NCBI GenBank assembly: GCA_963665665.1
Contig: OY762428.1
Coordinates: forward strand, 2,016,001 to 2,080,000
Direction of reading: 5' to 3'
DNA: 64,000 bases
Source: Candidatus Kapaibacterium sp.
Lineage (GTDB): Bacteria; Bacteroidota; Ignavibacteria; Kapaibacteriales; UBA2268
Part shown: positions 1 to 10,693 of the stretch, piece by piece
How positions within the stretch are numbered: the stretch's first letter is position 1
Layout of the letters: every line of letters begins with the position of its first letter
Notes under the pieces: model-generated
What the model saw: the letters and a program-made list of their open reading frames with translations, nothing else
Told to the model about the DNA's origin: nothing
Database searches by the model: none
Translations under genes and position numbers: made by a program

Positions 1-2
1 AA

Positions 3-197
3 ACAGATTCTTATTTCCTGACAGGTCTTTTTGGGCAATATACCTTTACATCCGGTGGATTTATTCATAATGTTTCGCTGAATATCGACAATCTTTTCAA
101 CAGGGAATACCGTAACCACTTGTCCAGGATAAAATCTATCATGCCGGAGCCGGGATTCAACATCAGGTTTGTGTACCGGGCACTCGTGGAATTATAA
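3..197 (+). CDS. TonB-dependent outer-membrane receptor, C-terminal fragment (5' end outside window)
   Basis: Manual translation of frame 3 gives ...SLNIDNLFNREYRNHLSRIKSIMPEPGFNIRFVYRALVEL*, with the NLFN..Y..H...PG.N signature of TonB-receptor C-termini. Confidence 0.75.
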   Translation, partial: TDSYFLTGLFGQYTFTSGGFIHNVSLNIDNLFNREYRNHLSRIKSIMPEPGFNIRFVYRALVEL

Positions 198-422
198 TAT
201 CCTGATATCTTAACATATTCTTAACATTTTAATTAAAAGTTTTATCAAAATATTTATAATATTCTTTGAATATTGGAATTATAAAATTTTGTCTGATCTG
301 TTTAAAATTAATCACTACTTAAAATTAATGTGTTAACTTTATATTAAGTAATAAGAGCAAACTGATAGATTTTCATCAATGCTTTTATAATGTTAATGAT
401 TCAATATGGCAGGAAGAAATAA

Positions 423-3281
423 ATGATGAATATTACAAAAGCCGGAAAAACGTATCTCAGCGTTTTATTGCTTTCTTTCGTCTTTGTACCATATATAAAC
501 GCGCAAACCAAATACGCACCTAAAACACCGAAAAATATAATAATTGTAATCAGTGACGGTTGCGGTATAAACCACATAGAAGCAACAAACTATTATAATA
601 ACGGCAAGGCGGAAAGTTCTGTTTATCAGTCTTTTCCTCATTCTTACTGGATGGCTACATTCCCGCAGAAAGGCCCCTACCACGATGGTGACCCGCTTTG
701 GGATAACGGCTATAATTCCTACAAAGCATGGACGGATTTCGAATACGTTAAACAGAGGCCTACAGGTTCGGCTCCTGCTGCAACAGCTATGGCTACCGGA
801 AAGAAAACATATATGCGTTCGATAGGTATAGGAGTTAACGGTGAAGCGCTGTATAATATTACTCAGCGTGCAAAAGACCTTGGTAAAAGTGCCGGGGTAG
901 TAACATCTGTTCAACTATCCCATGCAACACCAGCAGGATACGTTGCTCATAATGCCGATCGGGGAAATTATTCTGAAATTGCTAGGGAAATGATTCTTGA
1001 CAGCAGGCTGGATGTAATTATGGGCTGCGGCCATCCCCTGTATGATAATGACAATCAGTTGACTGACTCGATTAATTATAAGTATGTTGGCGGTAAGGAA
1101 AGCTGGGAAGGCCTTGAATCAGGCAGTATCAGCTATAAAATTGCATCAAACAGCGGTAATGAAAAGGTCAGGGATTGTGACGGCGACGGAAGGCCTGATC
1201 CCTGGAGGTTGATTGATGATAGAGCAGATTTCGAAAAACTTACCGACGGGGAAACACCAAAAAGGGTTTTCGGGGTGGCACGTTGCTTCGAAACTCTGCA
1301 ATACGACAGAAGCGGCGACACTAAAGCCGATGCATATACTGTTCCATTCAATGATGGAGTTCCTTCTTTGAAAATCATGGCTAAGGCTGCATTGAACGTA
1401 CTTGACAACAATGAAAAAGGCTTCTTCCTGATGGTTGAAGGCGGAGCTGTTGACTGGGCAGGACATGACAATAATTCGGGGAGGCTTATCGAAGAACAGT
1501 CTGATTTGAATGAAACTGTTGAAGCTATTATTGAATGGGTTGACACACATGGAGGCTGGGATGAAACTCTTCTTGTTGTTACAGCCGACCACGAAACCGG
1601 ATATCTTACAGGCCCGGGTTCTGGCCCCGGCGCTATACCTTTTGATACTGCTCATCCACCGGTCTGGAATGATATTGTGAATAATGGCAAAGGCAAAATG
1701 CCGGGTATGGAATGGCATAGCGACGGCCATACAAACCAGCTCGTACCTTTCTATGCCAAAGGCTGCGGTAGTGAAATATTTGAAAAATATCTTGACGAGT
1801 TTGATCACAAGCGCGGCGCATATCTACAAAATACCGAACTTGGTATGGCTCAGTTTGAATTATGGCCTTTGCCCGAGGAATTTATTATACCTGAAAATAT
1901 TATTGTGTTTATATCCGACGGCTGGGGTATTAATAAAATTAATGCTGCTAATTATTTCCATGGTGAAACCCAGGCTTACCAGGAATTTCCTTTAAGCATA
2001 TACATGAGTACATATCCGGCATACAGTAACAGGATTATTAACCCGCAAACGGATATAACATTGACAAACAACGGATGGGATGTATGGTATAATCCTTATG
2101 TGAACTGGAATAGCAATTGGAATGCCATGAGTAAGGGAGCAACAGGTTCGGGAGCCGCGGCCACAGCCATGGCCTGCGGAGTTAAATCATCATATAAATC
2201 TATTGGAGTTAATATTTATCATGATTTACTACCGAATATTACAGAACGTGCGAAATCACTTGGTAAATCGGCAGGTGTAGTAACTTCTGTTCAGTTCTCA
2301 CATGCAACCCCGGCTGCTTATGTAGCACATAATACATACAGGAATAATTACTCAGCAATTGCACAGGAAATGATACTCGACAGCAGGCTTGATTTGATAA
2401 TGGGCTGCGGACATCCCTTGTATGATAATGAAAGGAGGCTTATTGATACTCCTGATTATAATTATGTGGGCGGAAAAGCTATGTGGGAGCACCTTACCGC
2501 AGGAAATATTGAATTTTCCGGGCTAAACAGAGATAACAGAGGGCGTATAGCTCCATCACAAAATACGACAGTTAAAGATTGTGACGGCGACGAAAATCCC
2601 GACGCCTGGAAACTGCTTCAGAGTGTTGAAGATTTTAGAAAACTAATGAATGGCGAAACGCCGAAAAGAGTTATCGGAGTGCCGCAGGTGTATAAAACAC
2701 TACAATTTGACAGAAGCGGGGAAAAACACAATGCGAAATCTTATGACATCCCATTTACTGATAGTGTACCGACACTTGAAGAAATGACACGCGGGGCACT
2801 GAATGTTCTCGACAACAACGAAAAAGGCTTTTTCCTGATGGTGGAAGGTGGAGCAGTTGACTGGGCCGGGCATGACAATTCTTCGCCCCGTGTTATTGAG
2901 GAGCAGCAGGACTTTAATAAAGCTGTGAATGCTGCAATAGAATGGGTTAATGAAAACGGAGGATGGGAGAAAACACTGATAATAGTTACCGGTGATCACG
3001 AAACAGGCTACCTGACTGGTAAAAGCGCAAACCCGAATGGCTGGAATCCGGTTATTAATAACGGCAAAGGCAATATGCCAACTATGACATGGAACAGCGG
3101 CAGCCATACCAACCAGCTTATTCCATTCTTTGCCAAAGGCGCAGGTTTTGAAATTTTCAAACGCTATGCAGACCAGACAGATGAACGCCGGGGCGAATAT
3201 CTCACAAACTCAGAACTGGGGCAGGCCTGTTTTTATCTTTGGGGCAGGCTTATTACTAAAGGTCAAAAAGTTAAAAATTAA
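423..3281 (+). CDS. Secreted alkaline phosphatase (PhoA family) with two tandem catalytic domains
   Basis: Signal peptide; two copies each of ISDG, TGS(A/G)xAATA (Ser nucleophile), SHATPA, EGGAVDWAGHDN, DHETG and HTNQL. Confidence 0.9.
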   Translation: MMNITKAGKTYLSVLLLSFVFVPYINAQTKYAPKTPKNIIIVISDGCGINHIEATNYYNNGKAESSVYQSFPHSYWMATFPQKGPYHDGDPLWDNGYNSYKAWTDFEYVKQRPTGSAPAATAMATGKKTYMRSIGIGVNGEALYNITQRAKDLGKSAGVVTSVQLSHATPAGYVAHNADRGNYSEIAREMILDSRLDVIMGCGHPLYDNDNQLTDSINYKYVGGKESWEGLESGSISYKIASNSGNEKVRDCDGDGRPDPWRLIDDRADFEKLTDGETPKRVFGVARCFETLQYDRSGDTKADAYTVPFNDGVPSLKIMAKAALNVLDNNEKGFFLMVEGGAVDWAGHDNNSGRLIEEQSDLNETVEAIIEWVDTHGGWDETLLVVTADHETGYLTGPGSGPGAIPFDTAHPPVWNDIVNNGKGKMPGMEWHSDGHTNQLVPFYAKGCGSEIFEKYLDEFDHKRGAYLQNTELGMAQFELWPLPEEFIIPENIIVFISDGWGINKINAANYFHGETQAYQEFPLSIYMSTYPAYSNRIINPQTDITLTNNGWDVWYNPYVNWNSNWNAMSKGATGSGAAATAMACGVKSSYKSIGVNIYHDLLPNITERAKSLGKSAGVVTSVQFSHATPAAYVAHNTYRNNYSAIAQEMILDSRLDLIMGCGHPLYDNERRLIDTPDYNYVGGKAMWEHLTAGNIEFSGLNRDNRGRIAPSQNTTVKDCDGDENPDAWKLLQSVEDFRKLMNGETPKRVIGVPQVYKTLQFDRSGEKHNAKSYDIPFTDSVPTLEEMTRGALNVLDNNEKGFFLMVEGGAVDWAGHDNSSPRVIEEQQDFNKAVNAAIEWVNENGGWEKTLIIVTGDHETGYLTGKSANPNGWNPVINNGKGNMPTMTWNSGSHTNQLIPFFAKGAGFEIFKRYADQTDERRGEYLTNSELGQACFYLWGRLITKGQKVKN

Positions 3282-3534
3282 AATTATCAAAAATCAGATC
3301 TCGAAATTACAGGTAATTATACAACCTGCCAAGGTAAGTTGCCAGAATTTGCTGAGTTTGTAGGGGTTTTAATTATAAATGGAATGAAAATTGATATTTT
3401 GAATCCGAATAATTTTATACTACTGTGTGAGAATATCAGCTAAACAAAAATTAATTTTCATTTTATTTGAATATTAATTATTTTATAAGGTTGTGAAAAC
3501 AACTCTTTTATAAAACATTTTTTTGGGGTTTTTT

Positions 3535-4767
3535 ATGATAAAAATTAAATTATTACTTTTTGCCACTTTGCTGATTGCTGCAAGCATGAATATGCTTGCC
3601 TCCGGGCATCCCATATCTGCTACCAACGACAACGGTGCAATATGCTTTGACGGAACTGATAATTATGCAAAGGTTTGTACTACTTCTGTCTTAAACGACA
3701 TGTCATCTTTCACAATTGAAGCATGGGTTTACTGGACAGGAAGCGACTTTGAATTTCTTTTCGGAGCAGGCTCTTCGGACTTTGCTTCTGAATTTTTAGA
3801 AGTTCAAACTACTAGTTTAAACAGCCTGAGATTTATTCCTGCCAAATCAATTTATATTGATACAGAGCAAAATACTTTTAATCCGAATGTATGGAACCAT
3901 ATTGCCGTTGTATATGACCCTGCAATTTCAAAGGCTGAAATTTATATCAACGGAGTTTTTCTACATGTGGGCGTAATGGCACCATCTTTTATGAACTGGA
4001 CGGCAGTACACAGTACCTGCGTCGGGATGAATATTGGTTGCAGATATAACTCAGATACACCTGTTAATTTCTTCCATGGTAAAATGGACGAATTTCGCTT
4101 ATGGAAGTCTGTCCGCACTGCAACTCAGATCAGGGAAAACATGTTCAGGGAGCTTCCTTCCCCCGGAACAGAATCGGATTTAGTTTTATACTACAAATTT
4201 AACCAGGGCAATCCCGGAGGCAATAATGCCGGCCTGATTAATGTAACCGATAGCAAAGGTAATTCTCACGCACAATTAAAGAACTTTAACCTAAGCGGTG
4301 ATTGCTCCAACTGGATAAATTCGGGAACCATATTCGCAAATTATTCCGAAATTGTTTCGGATCAGGCTCTTGGTTCAGTAACTTATTCTGTTTCAGGTAC
4401 TGCCGCAAATATTGGCAGCGATATTTTTACCGGTATCGACAGGGTTATTTCGATTGAACCAACCAACAACAGCGGCCTGAATGCCACTTATATTTTCCAT
4501 TACGAAGACGCAGACCTGAACGGAATGCCTGAAGATCAGCTTCAACTTTACCGCTCTACTGACGGTGGTGCTACATGGGTTGCAATGGGCGGTGTAGTCG
4601 ATCCTGTTAATAATACTATCACAGTTACAGGAGTAGATCACTTCTCGCACTGGACTGCCGCTACAATACCTTACGGGATACCAACACTTCCGGAATGGGG
4701 ACTTATCATCCTCGGAACATTGTTCGTTCTTGGAACTTCACTGATAATTTTCCGTAAATTTGCATAA
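3535..4767 (+). CDS. LamG-like jellyroll surface protein with IPTL-CTERM sorting signal (paralog 1)
   Basis: Signal peptide; FTIEAWV, WNHIAVVYD, GKMDEFRLW LamG motifs; C-terminal IPTLPEWG + TM helix + RK. ATG 3535 preferred over TTG 3523. Confidence 0.8.
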   Translation: MIKIKLLLFATLLIAASMNMLASGHPISATNDNGAICFDGTDNYAKVCTTSVLNDMSSFTIEAWVYWTGSDFEFLFGAGSSDFASEFLEVQTTSLNSLRFIPAKSIYIDTEQNTFNPNVWNHIAVVYDPAISKAEIYINGVFLHVGVMAPSFMNWTAVHSTCVGMNIGCRYNSDTPVNFFHGKMDEFRLWKSVRTATQIRENMFRELPSPGTESDLVLYYKFNQGNPGGNNAGLINVTDSKGNSHAQLKNFNLSGDCSNWINSGTIFANYSEIVSDQALGSVTYSVSGTAANIGSDIFTGIDRVISIEPTNNSGLNATYIFHYEDADLNGMPEDQLQLYRSTDGGATWVAMGGVVDPVNNTITVTGVDHFSHWTAATIPYGIPTLPEWGLIILGTLFVLGTSLIIFRKFA

Positions 4768-4793
4768 TTTGGCTTTAAAATTGCTTTAATCAC

Positions 4794-4824
4794 AACCGGG
4801 TAGTTCATTCTTCCCGGTTTTTTT
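4794..4824 (+). terminator. Intrinsic terminator
   Basis: AACCGGG...CCCGGTT stem followed by T-run. Confidence 0.7.
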
Positions 4825-4921
4825 ATTAATAAACAAAAAAATGTTTTACATATTATTGAATTTGATTAACTTGTGTAACTAATGAAAATACACATACTTC
4901 TTTACAATTTCAGAGGTCTTT

Positions 4922-6163
4922 ATGAAAAAAATCAATCTTGCTTTATTGTCAGTAATGTTACTGGCTTTTTCTTTTGATTTTGCTTATGGAAAAAACCCCT
5001 CGATGAACGAGAGCGGTGCTATATGTCTTGACGGAACTAAAGATTATGCAAGGATTTGCACTACATCTGTTTTTGATGATATGTCTGCTTTTACAATTGA
5101 AACATGGGCTTATTGGACAGGTAATGACATCGATTTTCTTTTCGCCGCAGGCTCTTCAGAGTTTGCCTATGAGTTTATGGAAGTCCACACTAATAGTAAT
5201 AACAGTCTGCGATTTATTCCTGTAAGAAATATGGGAACTGCTCAGGGCTGCTATTTTGATACTGATGCTAATTCGTTCAATCCAAACTTATGGAATCACG
5301 TTGCTGTTGTTTATGATCCATCTGCTCAAATTGCTAAAGTTTATATCAACGGAGTTGATGTTCATGTAACAAGAGCCGGATACACAGCCGGATGGCCGGC
5401 AGTTCATTCCTCATGTACTGGTATGGATATTGGTTGCAGATATAACACAAATAGTCCTACTTATTTCTTTCAGGGAAAAATTGATGAATTCCGCCTATGG
5501 AATACTGCCCGCACTGCAACTCAGATCAGGGAAAATATGCACTGGGAACTGCCTTCCCCGGGAACAGAGTCAAACCTAATTGTATATTACAAATTTAACC
5601 AGGGCAATCCTGGCGGTAACAATGCCGGCCTGATTAATGCAACCGATACCAAAGGAAATTCCCATGCACAATTAATGAGCTTTGACCTAAGCGGTGATTG
5701 CTCCAACTGGATAAATTCGGGAACTATGTTCGCAAATTATTCCGAAATTGTTTCGGACCAGGCTCTTGGTTCAGTTACTTATTCTGTTTCAGGTACTGCT
5801 GCAAATATTGGCAGCGATATTTTTACCGGTATCGACAGGGTAATATCTATTGAACCAACAAATAACAGCGGCCTGAATGCCACTTATATATTCCATTACG
5901 AAGACGCAGACCTGAACGGAATGCCCGAAGATCAGCTACAGCTTTACCGCTCTACTGACGGTGGTGCTACATGGGTTGCAATGGGCGGTGTAGTCGATCC
6001 TGTTAATAATACTATTACAGTTACAGGCGTTGATCACTTCTCGCACTGGACTGCCGCTACAATTCCTTACGGGATACCAACACTTCCGGAATGGGGACTT
6101 ATTATCCTTGGTACATTGTTTGTTCTTGGAACATCACTTATAATATTCCGTAAGTTTGCATAA
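4922..6163 (+). CDS. LamG-like jellyroll surface protein with IPTL-CTERM sorting signal (paralog 2)
   Basis: Same architecture as 3535..4767; C-terminal ~144 aa identical; GAGG RBS upstream. Confidence 0.8.
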   Translation: MKKINLALLSVMLLAFSFDFAYGKNPSMNESGAICLDGTKDYARICTTSVFDDMSAFTIETWAYWTGNDIDFLFAAGSSEFAYEFMEVHTNSNNSLRFIPVRNMGTAQGCYFDTDANSFNPNLWNHVAVVYDPSAQIAKVYINGVDVHVTRAGYTAGWPAVHSSCTGMDIGCRYNTNSPTYFFQGKIDEFRLWNTARTATQIRENMHWELPSPGTESNLIVYYKFNQGNPGGNNAGLINATDTKGNSHAQLMSFDLSGDCSNWINSGTMFANYSEIVSDQALGSVTYSVSGTAANIGSDIFTGIDRVISIEPTNNSGLNATYIFHYEDADLNGMPEDQLQLYRSTDGGATWVAMGGVVDPVNNTITVTGVDHFSHWTAATIPYGIPTLPEWGLIILGTLFVLGTSLIIFRKFA

Positions 6164-6184
6164 TTTTATTCAAAAATTTTCAAT

Positions 6185-6220
6185 AAAAAAACCGGGATGC
6201 TAATATATCCCGGTTTTTTT
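6185..6220. terminator. Bidirectional intrinsic terminator
   Basis: A-run-ACCGGGAT...ATCCCGGT-T-run between convergent genes. Confidence 0.75.
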
Positions 6221-6245
6221 ATACCATCACATTTATATGCAAAGT

Positions 6246-8438
6246 CTATTCTTCAATTTCCAGGTTAGTGAATTCTTCTGTGATATTAAAATCATACTCC
6301 GGATATTCATAAATCGGCATCCGTGGCTCAGTTGATCCCATTGAATAGCCCCAGATATTTTCATATTCTGCCCTGTTCTCGCCGATTTCCTCTAATTGAT
6401 TCAGGTATTCACTGATTGATTTCGATTCAATAATAATCACTTTACCCATCTTGTTAATTATCGGGCTGTGGTTTCTGGTTGAGTCATGATCGAATTCAAG
6501 AATCCTGCGGCCATATCTTGTAATTCCTATTGTACGGAAAGTAAGGCTTTTACCCACGCCCGGCAGGTTCAGGACGTTTCTGTCCGTAGCAAGGAAAGGA
6601 ATGCCGGCCTCAATTCTTATTTTATCAATATTATTTATACTATTCTCGGGGTCATCGGGAATTGTAACCAGTTTGTCGATAAGTCCGTCAGGTACAACGC
6701 CGAATTTCTTTTCTTCCATTTGCTCCTGTACAGCCCTGGCATTGGTAGCAAAGTTAAACTGATTTTCCATGTAACCCTTAACACTGAAGGTATAGTAGTT
6801 CAGGATGCCAATGTCGTTTAATACTTTCCTTAGCTGAGCAGTGTGGCCTCTTCTTGATGATGCAGTAGTAAATACATGCTGGTTCGTAACTGTCCAGCCT
6901 GCTTCGTGAAGCATTTTAACTGCTTCCAGAACTTCGGGTGTTACTTCCATGGGGGATTCGAAATGGGTTTGAATTACGAACTGGCGGATACCGACAGCCG
7001 CGGCTTTTTCCCTGAAATCTGAAAGCACGCCGATAAGGCTGTCTGTTATTCTTTGCGGAAGGTAAACAGGAAGCCGCGAACCAAGCCTTACCCTTAATAA
7101 CTCGGCATATTTTTCGTTCTCGGGCCTTGCTTCGTTGGCTTCTTTTTTCCTGACGGCCATTTCATAAATAGCATCAAGTATACGGGCAAGAGATTTATCC
7201 GAGCTCATCAGTGCATCTCCGCCGGTAATCAGTATATCCCGTAGCTGTGAATCATTTTCAAAATAATCCATATACTTGCGCAGGCGTTCAGGCCATGTTT
7301 CCGTAGGCTTCAGCTTTTTCAGGTTGAAATTCAGGTTGCCCCGCTGGAAGTCGTACATCCTCTGGCAGGATGCACAAAGTCCTCCGCACGCACGCCCCAT
7401 GGTATCGGGAATAAGAATAGCCACTTCCGGGTATCGGCGGTGTACATTATGCTGCGAAGGAAGTATCCATCCGGCGGCATTGGGTTTGCCTTCTTCTACT
7501 TTGTCCTCTTTCTCCCAGGCAACTATTTCTCCGTATTCATCAATAAGCTGTTTGCTATAAAGAATATAATATCTTATACCAAGGTCAGCTCCGATTGCAA
7601 AATAAGGAACGCGAACATGCAGCAAAGACAGGTAATATGGATTGATAAAGAAAGGAATACCAAGTGATTCAGCTTCGTAAAGTATTTTCATAGTATCGGG
7701 ATCAAGTGAATTCCCGAGCAGTTCATTCAGCAATTTTGGCGAGCGAACTGCAAAACGAAGATGGAAACGGGACTCGTTCCACCATTCCATTGCCCTGATG
7801 ATTTTCTGAGATTTGGACATTCCCGGATCGAAGTTATAGATAGAATCATTTATTTCGCCGCTGTCTATTTTCTCAATCAGAATTTTAATAATTCTTTCCC
7901 GGTTCTCTTCCCTTAGCTTAATAATTCGTGGGTCCAGGCCGGACGGGTAGCGTTCCATCCACTTTTCAAGCTTGTTTTTATCAGGCATTTCAGGAGTAAA
8001 CTTACCGCTGAACTGGCGGAAAAGCTGTAGCATATCTTCAAAGAAGAATGGTTTGGCACCGCCGGTACCATAATTCACCGCCAGCCATATCAACTGTATG
8101 GGATTGCTAACTGCTATTTCACCGCGAATATTAAGGTCGTCGAATTCACGCCCGGCATTATCAACATAATCCAGGAGCCTTATCGTGGCGTAATCTTTCC
8201 ATGTCAGTTTTTCGAAGAATTCTCTTGTTGCCTTGCCGCTTTTATAGAATTCATAAGCATCTTTATTCTTTTTCAGCTCGGCTACCACCCAGTTCCTCAT
8301 TCCGACAAGAGCCTCGGTTTCATTTCGCGAGTTTCTCATCAGTTCTTCAAGGTAAGGATTTTCCTTTAGCAGAATTTTCAGCAGCCTGTGCGATTTTACG
8401 GTAATGGCAATTTGGTCAAGTTGATGAGTATTTTCCAT
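6246..8438 (-). CDS. KamA-family radical SAM protein (lysine 2,3-aminomutase-like, long form)
   Basis: HRRYP...CGGLCASCQR (CxxxCxxC), DILITGGD, RLGSRLPV, THF, PGVGK (candidate PLP-lysine motif). Confidence 0.8.
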   Translation of the reverse strand: MENTHQLDQIAITVKSHRLLKILLKENPYLEELMRNSRNETEALVGMRNWVVAELKKNKDAYEFYKSGKATREFFEKLTWKDYATIRLLDYVDNAGREFDDLNIRGEIAVSNPIQLIWLAVNYGTGGAKPFFFEDMLQLFRQFSGKFTPEMPDKNKLEKWMERYPSGLDPRIIKLREENRERIIKILIEKIDSGEINDSIYNFDPGMSKSQKIIRAMEWWNESRFHLRFAVRSPKLLNELLGNSLDPDTMKILYEAESLGIPFFINPYYLSLLHVRVPYFAIGADLGIRYYILYSKQLIDEYGEIVAWEKEDKVEEGKPNAAGWILPSQHNVHRRYPEVAILIPDTMGRACGGLCASCQRMYDFQRGNLNFNLKKLKPTETWPERLRKYMDYFENDSQLRDILITGGDALMSSDKSLARILDAIYEMAVRKKEANEARPENEKYAELLRVRLGSRLPVYLPQRITDSLIGVLSDFREKAAAVGIRQFVIQTHFESPMEVTPEVLEAVKMLHEAGWTVTNQHVFTTASSRRGHTAQLRKVLNDIGILNYYTFSVKGYMENQFNFATNARAVQEQMEEKKFGVVPDGLIDKLVTIPDDPENSINNIDKIRIEAGIPFLATDRNVLNLPGVGKSLTFRTIGITRYGRRILEFDHDSTRNHSPIINKMGKVIIIESKSISEYLNQLEEIGENRAEYENIWGYSMGSTEPRMPIYEYPEYDFNITEEFTNLEIEE

Positions 8439-8786
8439 GATATCCTCGAAGTAGATTTAATATGATAACATATTATAACAAATAACCGTTAAATTTTCAA
8501 GGATGAAATCAGAAATATTGACTTTTTTTATAAATACAATTGATTTATATCTAAAATTACTAACATAATTCTTTACAATCTTTATACTGTTCCGGGCAGG
8601 ATAGGTTTGTATTTAAAAGCATTTATTTTCTCCAATTTGGGGATAATTGCTTAGAATTCAAATTAACTCCCCCCCTGCTTTTATCTTTCAACAATAATAT
8701 CAGCCTTCATTCTTTTCTGTATAAGTTGTGACTAATTATTATTAATTTTGCTTATAATTACAGATAGTATTTAGAAACATATAAAT

Positions 8787-9560
8787 ATGTCAGAAAACAA
8801 AGAGAAGAAGACAAAGGAATCCGAAGAAGAAAGTGAAGAAAAAGAACTAAGCTTTCTGGATCACCTTGGTGAATTAAGGAAAAGAATAATATATGCTGTA
8901 ATCGGAATTTTCGTCGGTGCAGGCGTGTCTGCACTTTTTATTGATTTTATTATGGATACTGCTCTGCTGGGGCCTGCCGTTGATAACGGCCTTGTTCTAC
9001 AAAACCTGAGGACTTTCGGCCAGCCGATTGTATTTTTCAAAGTGGTAGCTATTGTTGGTGTTATCATATCATTTCCTCACACTCTGTATCAGCTTTGGAA
9101 ATTTATTGCGCCGGGCCTTTACGAGAACGAGAAAAGCTGGGTAAGGGTGATAACTTTCTTTACTTCCCTTTGCTTTATGGTAGGCATTGCTTTCGCGTAT
9201 TTTGTAATGATACCCTCGATGCTTTCGTTTGCTGCATCTTTTGGAACAGAGCAGATAAAGAATAATATTGATATAAATGAATACTTCAGCTTCATTTCCA
9301 CAATACTACTTGCTGCGGGGCTGTTTTTTGAGCTTCCCATGGTTAGCTTCGTGCTTTCAAGGTTCGGTATGCTTAAAGCCAAAACTATGCGTAAATTCAG
9401 AAGGCACGGAATAATTGTAATATTGCTCCTTGCAGCAATTCTTACTCCGACACCCGACCCTGTAAGCCAGCTGATATTTGCCATACCGCTTTTCTTTCTT
9501 TACGAACTCAGCGTATTAATTGCTGTATTTGGTGAAAAGAAATATAATAGTAAGAATTAA
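8787..9560 (+). CDS. tatC: Twin-arginine translocase subunit TatC
   Basis: FLDHLGELRKR, YQLWKFIAPGLYENE, FELP, TPTPDP motifs; multiple TM helices. Confidence 0.95.
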   Translation: MSENKEKKTKESEEESEEKELSFLDHLGELRKRIIYAVIGIFVGAGVSALFIDFIMDTALLGPAVDNGLVLQNLRTFGQPIVFFKVVAIVGVIISFPHTLYQLWKFIAPGLYENEKSWVRVITFFTSLCFMVGIAFAYFVMIPSMLSFAASFGTEQIKNNIDINEYFSFISTILLAAGLFFELPMVSFVLSRFGMLKAKTMRKFRRHGIIVILLLAAILTPTPDPVSQLIFAIPLFFLYELSVLIAVFGEKKYNSKN

Positions 9561-9644
9561 ATTATTCAAAAAAAGCTTGTTATTCGCCAACTTTAATTAT
9601 TTTTGTATATTCTTATTTATTCTTTGGATTAATAATGGAATTAA

Positions 9645-10619
9645 ATGGCATTAAAAGAAATCAGTAAGCCTGTTCATAAGGAACTTGAAACATTCAATAA
9701 AGTTTTCAAAGACTCAATGAAATCCGATGTTTCACTTCTGAACCTGATAATTGCATACCTTACAAGGAAACGCGGGAAACAAATCAGGCCTACCCTTGTT
9801 CTCCTTGCTGCAAAGGCATGCGGGGGAATTACGGACAGATCTTATACCGGTGCTGCTATGACTGAACTTCTGCATAATGCTACTTTGATTCATGATGACG
9901 TTGTTGATGAGGCAACCGAACGCCGCGGGATGGCTTCGATAAATGAAAAATGGAATAACAAGATTTCTGTACTTATTGGCGACTACCTTCTTGGAAAAGG
10001 ATTATTAACAGCTATTGACACTGATGAATTTGATTTCCTTCGTGCTCTATCAACAGCTGTTAAAAGAATGAGCGAGGGGGAATTGCTGCAAATCCAGAAA
10101 AGTAAGGATTTTGATACCGACGAGGATACTTATTTCAGGATAATCGGAGATAAAACCGCGTCGCTCCTTTCTGCCTGCTGCGAAATAGGAGCTATAAGCG
10201 CCGATGCCGACATGGATACCAGAGAGATATTCCGGCAGTTCGGGGAAAACATAGGCCTTGCATTCCAGATACGCGATGATGTTTTTGATTACCAGGGATC
10301 AAGCTCACTAATTGGAAAACCCGTTGGCAACGACCTGAAAGAAAAAAAACTTACTCTGCCATTGATCTATTCTTTCCGTCATTCCGAGAAAAGAGATTCA
10401 AAAAAAATACTCGGGTATATCAAGTCCGGAAATCTTAGCAAGGATAAAATCAAAGAGATAGCAAATTTTGTTAACACCAGGGGCGGTATAAAGTATTCAG
10501 AGGAAAAATCTTCAGAATTATCCCGGAAAGCAGTTGATTTACTATCACCTGTAAAGGATAGCGATGCTAAGGAATCGCTTATCAGCCTTGCCGAATATGT
10601 GATTAACAGAAAAAGATAG
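9645..10619 (+). CDS. Long-chain polyprenyl diphosphate synthase (IspB/HepT-like)
   Basis: GKQIRP, LIHDDVVD..RRG (FARM), KTA, FQIRDD (SARM). Confidence 0.92.
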   Translation: MALKEISKPVHKELETFNKVFKDSMKSDVSLLNLIIAYLTRKRGKQIRPTLVLLAAKACGGITDRSYTGAAMTELLHNATLIHDDVVDEATERRGMASINEKWNNKISVLIGDYLLGKGLLTAIDTDEFDFLRALSTAVKRMSEGELLQIQKSKDFDTDEDTYFRIIGDKTASLLSACCEIGAISADADMDTREIFRQFGENIGLAFQIRDDVFDYQGSSSLIGKPVGNDLKEKKLTLPLIYSFRHSEKRDSKKILGYIKSGNLSKDKIKEIANFVNTRGGIKYSEEKSSELSRKAVDLLSPVKDSDAKESLISLAEYVINRKR

Positions 10620-10693
10620 TTTTTTTTCAATATTTTGCCTTAAACTTAGTCATTAAAATAAAATTTAATTAGAATAATCATGGAGAGCTTCTA

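Noticed and set aside
4333-6163. Diversity-generating retroelement TR/VR pair in the LamG paralogs
   Set aside because: Differences are synonymous third-position changes, not adenine-specific; both copies are coding; no reverse transcriptase
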